Shown here in pieces: positions 59,652 through 64,000 of a stretch of 64,000 nt of DNA (its first letter is position 1; every line of letters begins with the position of its first letter). The stretch lies in contig CAVZPM010000009.1 of assembly GCA_963777155.1 (NCBI GenBank), positions 32,001 to 96,000 on the forward strand. Direction: 5' to 3'. Both the position numbers and the translations under genes were made by a program. Source of the stretch: Candidatus Bathyarchaeota archaeon. GTDB lineage: Archaea > Thermoproteota > Bathyarchaeia > Bathyarchaeales > Bathycorpusculaceae. The notes beneath the pieces were generated by a model, which worked only from the letters and a program-made list of their open reading frames with translations, was not told where the DNA came from and did not search any database.

Positions 59652-61262
59652 TTAGTAGTCAAGAATTTTCTTGACTACGTCGTTTTCCACTTCATGTGCC
59701 AACGGAATTCCCGTGACTTGCGTAGCTATTGTGCTAAGGCTCATCAGGTCACCTCTGGTAAGCAAACCAAGGTTCCATTTGCGGTTGCCAGCCATCAACT
59801 GCTTCAACCCAACCCCGACCCTATCGGTCAAGTACGTATAGACGCCGATGCTTTCCAATGGGATTTCGCCAAAGCGCTTGCCATATTTTGCCCTAAGTTC
59901 CGGTGTAGCGATGAAGAATTTGTCTGGTGTCGCACCGAATTTGTCGGTGAAGTTCTTTGGAAGTTTTCCTTGGGCGGCAAGTTGCTTGAAGTAGCTTGCT
60001 TTCATGGCCGCAGTGATTGGTGAGCGCCCCATCAAGACTGCTTTAACGAGGGGGCCTTCTCCAAAGTTGCTCATGGCAATAGTTTTGAATATGGATGTTT
60101 CTTCGATGAATCCACCTGCCATAACCAAGTCTGGAACGTACTTTCCTTTCTTTTTGAGGATTTGGGCACACTGCATTACCAGCACTTGCAGGAAGAGTGT
60201 AGGGATGCTCATTTCATCCATCATGGGTACGGGGCTCATGCCTGTTCCACCGCCTGCTCCGTCAAAGCTCAGAGCGTCGATTTTGGCTTCTGAAGCAAAC
60301 TTCATAGTGTATGCGACTGCTGAGGGTCGGTATGCGCCTGTTTTGAGGAACACTTTTTTGGCGCCTGATTTACGCAACCACTCGATGTCTTCGAGAAAGC
60401 TCTTTTCTTTAGGTATGCCGACTCTGCTGTGTCGTTCAAAAGTGTTGAAGACCCCCTCTTTGAATGCTTGTTGAACCACTGGGTCTTCAGGGTCTGGGAT
60501 TACGATGTAGCCGCGTTTTTTAAGCAGGATGGCTTTTTCGATGTCTTTGAGGCGTACTTCTCCACCTATGGCTTTTGCTCCTTGTCCCCACTTGCGCTCG
60601 ATGATGTTGACCTCCAGCTTGGACAACGCGTATGCGTCTATGCCCAGTCGTTGGTCTTCAACGTTTGTTTGCACGATAACATCGCCGTATTTTTTGTCCC
60701 AGAACTTACGGAACGAATCCACTCTGCGTTTAAGTTCGGGTGAATGGGTAATTTTGCCGCCTGTTAGGGTGGCTTGTACATCCATCCCGGCTATGTTTTC
60801 TCCGACGGTTACTGAAACGCCTGAAAGTGCGGCACCGATTGCTAAACCATCCCAGTTTACCCGCGCCACCTCGGTAGAGCCGAAAGCTCCTGTTAGAATT
60901 GGCAGTTTTAATGGCATTCCGCCTACGACTGTTTCGACGTTAGCTTTGGGAAATATGGCCGCCTCTGAAGTTTCAGGTATGCCTTGTGCGTCAAAGAGTC
61001 CTGCTTGGATGCTGAAGTGTGACCAGTCTAAGCCGAAGTTTTTGAGAGCTCCTGCGGTGCTAGTTCCGAACTGTGCTGGTTCGGGATAGAGAGCCTCTCT
61101 TCCGCGGAAGGCTGAGAGACTAATTTCGCACATGACTGGGCAATCGCGGATGCAGATAGGGCACATACCGCTGATTGTAGAGGTGTCTTTTAGTCGGGTG
61201 TTTGTCCCGACGGTTGATTTTCCGTTTAGGTATGAACTGTTTCTGTGTATTCTTTCACTCAT
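59652..61262 (-). CDS. Stand-alone FMN-binding glutamate synthase domain protein (GltB2-like)
   Basis: N-terminal CPICIRDC...C, GEN, KWGQGAK.IGGE, LKTGAY, DGAGGGTGMSP, MAGG. Confidence 0.9.
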   Translation of the reverse strand: MSERIHRNSSYLNGKSTVGTNTRLKDTSTISGMCPICIRDCPVMCEISLSAFRGREALYPEPAQFGTSTAGALKNFGLDWSHFSIQAGLFDAQGIPETSEAAIFPKANVETVVGGMPLKLPILTGAFGSTEVARVNWDGLAIGAALSGVSVTVGENIAGMDVQATLTGGKITHSPELKRRVDSFRKFWDKKYGDVIVQTNVEDQRLGIDAYALSKLEVNIIERKWGQGAKAIGGEVRLKDIEKAILLKKRGYIVIPDPEDPVVQQAFKEGVFNTFERHSRVGIPKEKSFLEDIEWLRKSGAKKVFLKTGAYRPSAVAYTMKFASEAKIDALSFDGAGGGTGMSPVPMMDEMSIPTLFLQVLVMQCAQILKKKGKYVPDLVMAGGFIEETSIFKTIAMSNFGEGPLVKAVLMGRSPITAAMKASYFKQLAAQGKLPKNFTDKFGATPDKFFIATPELRAKYGKRFGEIPLESIGVYTYLTDRVGVGLKQLMAGNRKWNLGLLTRGDLMSLSTIATQVTGIPLAHEVENDVVKKILDY

Positions 61263-61445
61263 TTGTCCAAATCTCCAAGTTCCACTAACGCTAAATTGGA
61301 TTCCAGTGCGTTTGTTTAGTATTTAACATTATGCTAAAGCATTTATGTGAAAAAAACGTAAATTATACGAAATAAACGAAACAACCGTTCAGCACTAGAC
61401 GTATGGTAATGCACAAAAAGTCGTCAGTTGCTACTGAACAACTGT

Positions 61446-61784
61446 TTAGAATTTCTCGAGAAACTCTTCAAAATTCTTCCTATCACGCAGACACTTGGGG
61501 CATACACAGCTAAACGGCAAATTCTTAGTCGTGCAAACCTCGTAATACTTGCAGTTAGCGCAAGGAAAGTCTTTACCGCATCGGGTGCAGCTTTGAAGAA
61601 AAACCACTTCGCTACCCAAAATGGCGCTGGTGGCTTCCATGATTTTTTCGATGTTGTTGCAGCTCTTTATGGAGAAGGTGCCTTGGTCACGGTTATAATC
61701 CAGCCCTAGGTGCATCAGCGAGACAAATTTTTCTTTCTCCAGCCGCGGAAGCTTGAAAGCTTTGCTGTTCAAAACCAAAACCAT
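61446..61784 (-). CDS. Hypothetical protein with Cys-rich C-terminal zinc-binding domain
   Basis: CTRC...CANC....C.......CVCPKC. Follows rfcL in the same operon. Confidence 0.75.
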   Translation of the reverse strand: MVLVLNSKAFKLPRLEKEKFVSLMHLGLDYNRDQGTFSIKSCNNIEKIMEATSAILGSEVVFLQSCTRCGKDFPCANCKYYEVCTTKNLPFSCVCPKCLRDRKNFEEFLEKF

Positions 61785-61786
61785 GC

Positions 61787-63025
61787 TTAATACCTGCTCA
61801 TTTTGATTAGGAAATCCACTTCTTCAGCCGTAAACTTAAACCAATCAATAAGGATGTTGGATTTTTGTCTTTGAAGTATCATCTTGATGTAGGGCACAAA
61901 GTCGTGTTTGGCAATTTCGTGAGATACATGGCATTGGGCGCCGATTTTTCCACAGATGGCGTCCAGCATGCTTCTTTTTCCTTTGGTCCAAAACAGCGTA
62001 ATGATGCGAATTGGGGGCGAGATGAACTCGAATTGTTTGTAGGATTGGGGGTTTACTGCGGCTGCCTGCGCTAACTCATTGAAGAAGTATTTTAGGAGGT
62101 GCCAGTTTTCTGTGCCTATTCTGCCTCGGTACATGTCTGCTTGGGACACAAAATCGTACGCCTCCGCAAGTTCTCTCGGGTCGGTGTATCGACGTGGCAA
62201 GTTGTCGCTGACAGAAAGCAGGAAATCGTCGTAGTCGATGCTTGAATAGCTAAGCAGGCTTGTAACTTCAGCTATTGATTGAGCCGAAAAATACCGTCTT
62301 AGGGTTTCGTCCATGCTGATGTCTTTGTTTCTGGAGCTCAACATCACGGTGTCCTGCAAGGTTAAAGAATGGTTTTCTTCGCTTAGACTCTGCAGGTCGT
62401 TTATGGCTGAACGCACATCGCCCCGGCTGTTCTGCGCGATTCGCTCCAGCGCTTCAAACTCCGCTTTCACGTGTTCAAGCAGGCATATTTTTTGTAGTAA
62501 AGCAATTATCAGAGGAATACGCACTTGCTGAAAACGAACAAGCAAACACAACTTCTTAAGCGGACGAAGTTTGTCGATATCAGGGTCGTTTGCAGCCATA
62601 ATGACCGGGACAAGCGATTCATCTATAATTTTCATTATTGCGTTTACGCCACCTCGGTCTTCGTTGCCTGCTATGCCATCAACCTCATCAAGGAAGAGCA
62701 TGTTGCCGCTTTTTTTGGGCACCCCAGAGAAATTATCTAACGCCATGTAAGAGGTAGCCGGTTTGGCAACCGCGTTAACAGCTTTCTCTGAACGCGTATC
62801 GCTAGCGTTCATCTCTATTATCGTAAAACCAAATTCTTTTGCGGCGGCATTGGCCAGCGCAGTTTTTCCAACGCCGGGCGGACCGTACAACAAAACAGCT
62901 TTTTTAGTATGCCTCTTATTCTTAAGCCATTCAACGAGAAGTGACTTGGCTTCTTCGTTGCCCACTATGTCTTCCATCTTTTTTGGGCGGTATTTTTCAA
63001 CCCAGAGCAGGTCATTTCGCAGCAT
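61787..63025 (-). CDS. rfcL: Replication factor C large subunit
   Basis: WVEKYRP, GPPGVGKT, EMNASD, LDEVDG, GDVRSAINDLQ. Confidence 0.96.
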   Translation of the reverse strand: MLRNDLLWVEKYRPKKMEDIVGNEEAKSLLVEWLKNKRHTKKAVLLYGPPGVGKTALANAAAKEFGFTIIEMNASDTRSEKAVNAVAKPATSYMALDNFSGVPKKSGNMLFLDEVDGIAGNEDRGGVNAIMKIIDESLVPVIMAANDPDIDKLRPLKKLCLLVRFQQVRIPLIIALLQKICLLEHVKAEFEALERIAQNSRGDVRSAINDLQSLSEENHSLTLQDTVMLSSRNKDISMDETLRRYFSAQSIAEVTSLLSYSSIDYDDFLLSVSDNLPRRYTDPRELAEAYDFVSQADMYRGRIGTENWHLLKYFFNELAQAAAVNPQSYKQFEFISPPIRIITLFWTKGKRSMLDAICGKIGAQCHVSHEIAKHDFVPYIKMILQRQKSNILIDWFKFTAEEVDFLIKMSRY

Positions 63026-63995
63026 ACTTTTCCTCTATACCTTTCCCAAACTTCGCAAACTGAGCCAAGAGTGCGCTTAGCTGGATGTCGCTGTTGGCAC
63101 CTTGTGTTAAGCGGTAGTCATATTCGCCGATGATGCTGGAGAGGTCAGCTTTCTGTTCCGGCGTGAGGTCGGACATTTTGAAGATTTCCCGTTGGACTTG
63201 TCGGATGATTTCATTGCCTGAAAAGCCAAAGGAGCCCATTATTTCATACATTGTTTTTCTGGCTTCGGTAAAGTCGCCGTAGAGGGCTTTTCGAATCATT
63301 TTTTGGACCTGCATGGGGCTGGCTTCGCCGATGACCATTGACACCGTCTTCTCGTCCACACAGCCTTCCTTGTAGACAGAGGCGGTTTGCAGGGCATTTA
63401 TTGCATGCCGCAGGTCGCCTTCTGAGTAATCTACGATTCTTTCGGCGGCGGTAGGTTCAAGCGTTACATTCTCTTTTTTGGCTATCCATTGCAAATGGTC
63501 TTTCATTGCTTGTTTATCTAATCGGGAGAAGCGGAAGATGGCGCAGCGGCTTTGGATGGGCTCAATGATTTTGCTGGACTGGTTACATATTAGGATGAAT
63601 CTTGATGTGCGGCTGCTGGTTTCCATGATGCGCCTAAGCGCTGTTTGAGCTGGACCTGTCATCTGGTCGCATTCATCCAGAATGATTAGTGCAAAGGGGA
63701 TGTCGCCAAAGCCTGAGCGGCTGTAACGAGAGAAATCTTTAATTCGGTCCCGCACAGTGTCGATGCCTCTCTCGTCGGAAGCGTTAAGTTCAAGAGTGAA
63801 ATTTCTCCAGTTTGCTCCGTAAAGTTCGTGGGCTATGGCTAATGCGATGGTGGTTTTACCTGTACCTGGAATGCCTGCAAGCATAAGGTGAGGCATGGTT
63901 TTTGGTTTCTTCATAAATGCTTTCAGGCTCTCAGTGATGTCTTTTAAGCCCACGACGTCGTCGAGAGTTTTAGGGCGGTATTTCTCGACCCACAT
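63012..63995 (-). CDS. rfcS: Replication factor C small subunit (N-terminus may extend past the window)
   Basis: WVEKYRP, GIPGTGKTT, ELNASDERG, LDECD, AQTALRR, IQSRC. Confidence 0.97.
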   Translation of the reverse strand: MWVEKYRPKTLDDVVGLKDITESLKAFMKKPKTMPHLMLAGIPGTGKTTIALAIAHELYGANWRNFTLELNASDERGIDTVRDRIKDFSRYSRSGFGDIPFALIILDECDQMTGPAQTALRRIMETSSRTSRFILICNQSSKIIEPIQSRCAIFRFSRLDKQAMKDHLQWIAKKENVTLEPTAAERIVDYSEGDLRHAINALQTASVYKEGCVDEKTVSMVIGEASPMQVQKMIRKALYGDFTEARKTMYEIMGSFGFSGNEIIRQVQREIFKMSDLTPEQKADLSSIIGEYDYRLTQGANSDIQLSALLAQFAKFGKGIEEKYAAK

Positions 63996-64000
63996 AAGTG

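Overview
Core chromosomal region of a TACK archaeon, most likely Bathyarchaeia. This is inferred from PolD (DP1 and DP2) co-occurring with Elf1, separate GINS51 and GINS23 genes, an archaeosortase and frequent TTG/GTG starts. It holds a replication origin (four ORB boxes and AT-rich tracts upstream of cdc6/orc1) and nearly the whole replisome (DP1, DP2, Cdc6, PCNA, PriS, PriL, GINS51, GINS23, MCM, RFC-L/S), plus translation, RNA-processing and metabolic genes. The main unexplained signal sits beside oriC: three uncharacterised HTH/wHTH genes, one encoding a membrane anchor + coiled coil + wHTH protein, interleaved with two dense arrays of a GTGAY/CCTGTGAT motif (20 copies). This is a candidate origin-tethering or chromosome-segregation system. 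Other findings are an 18-codon deletion scar where aIF2-alpha should be, a frameshifted PAC2 gene, a C/D-box sRNA, a V4R-like domain fused to an AhbD/NirJ2 radical SAM enzyme, a DPM2-like membrane protein, a split COG2187/COG0645 kinase pair, a dispersed 33-bp repeat and a decayed surface-protein tail. No rRNA, tRNA, CRISPR array, transposase or intein was recognised. All calls are by eye, without database searches.
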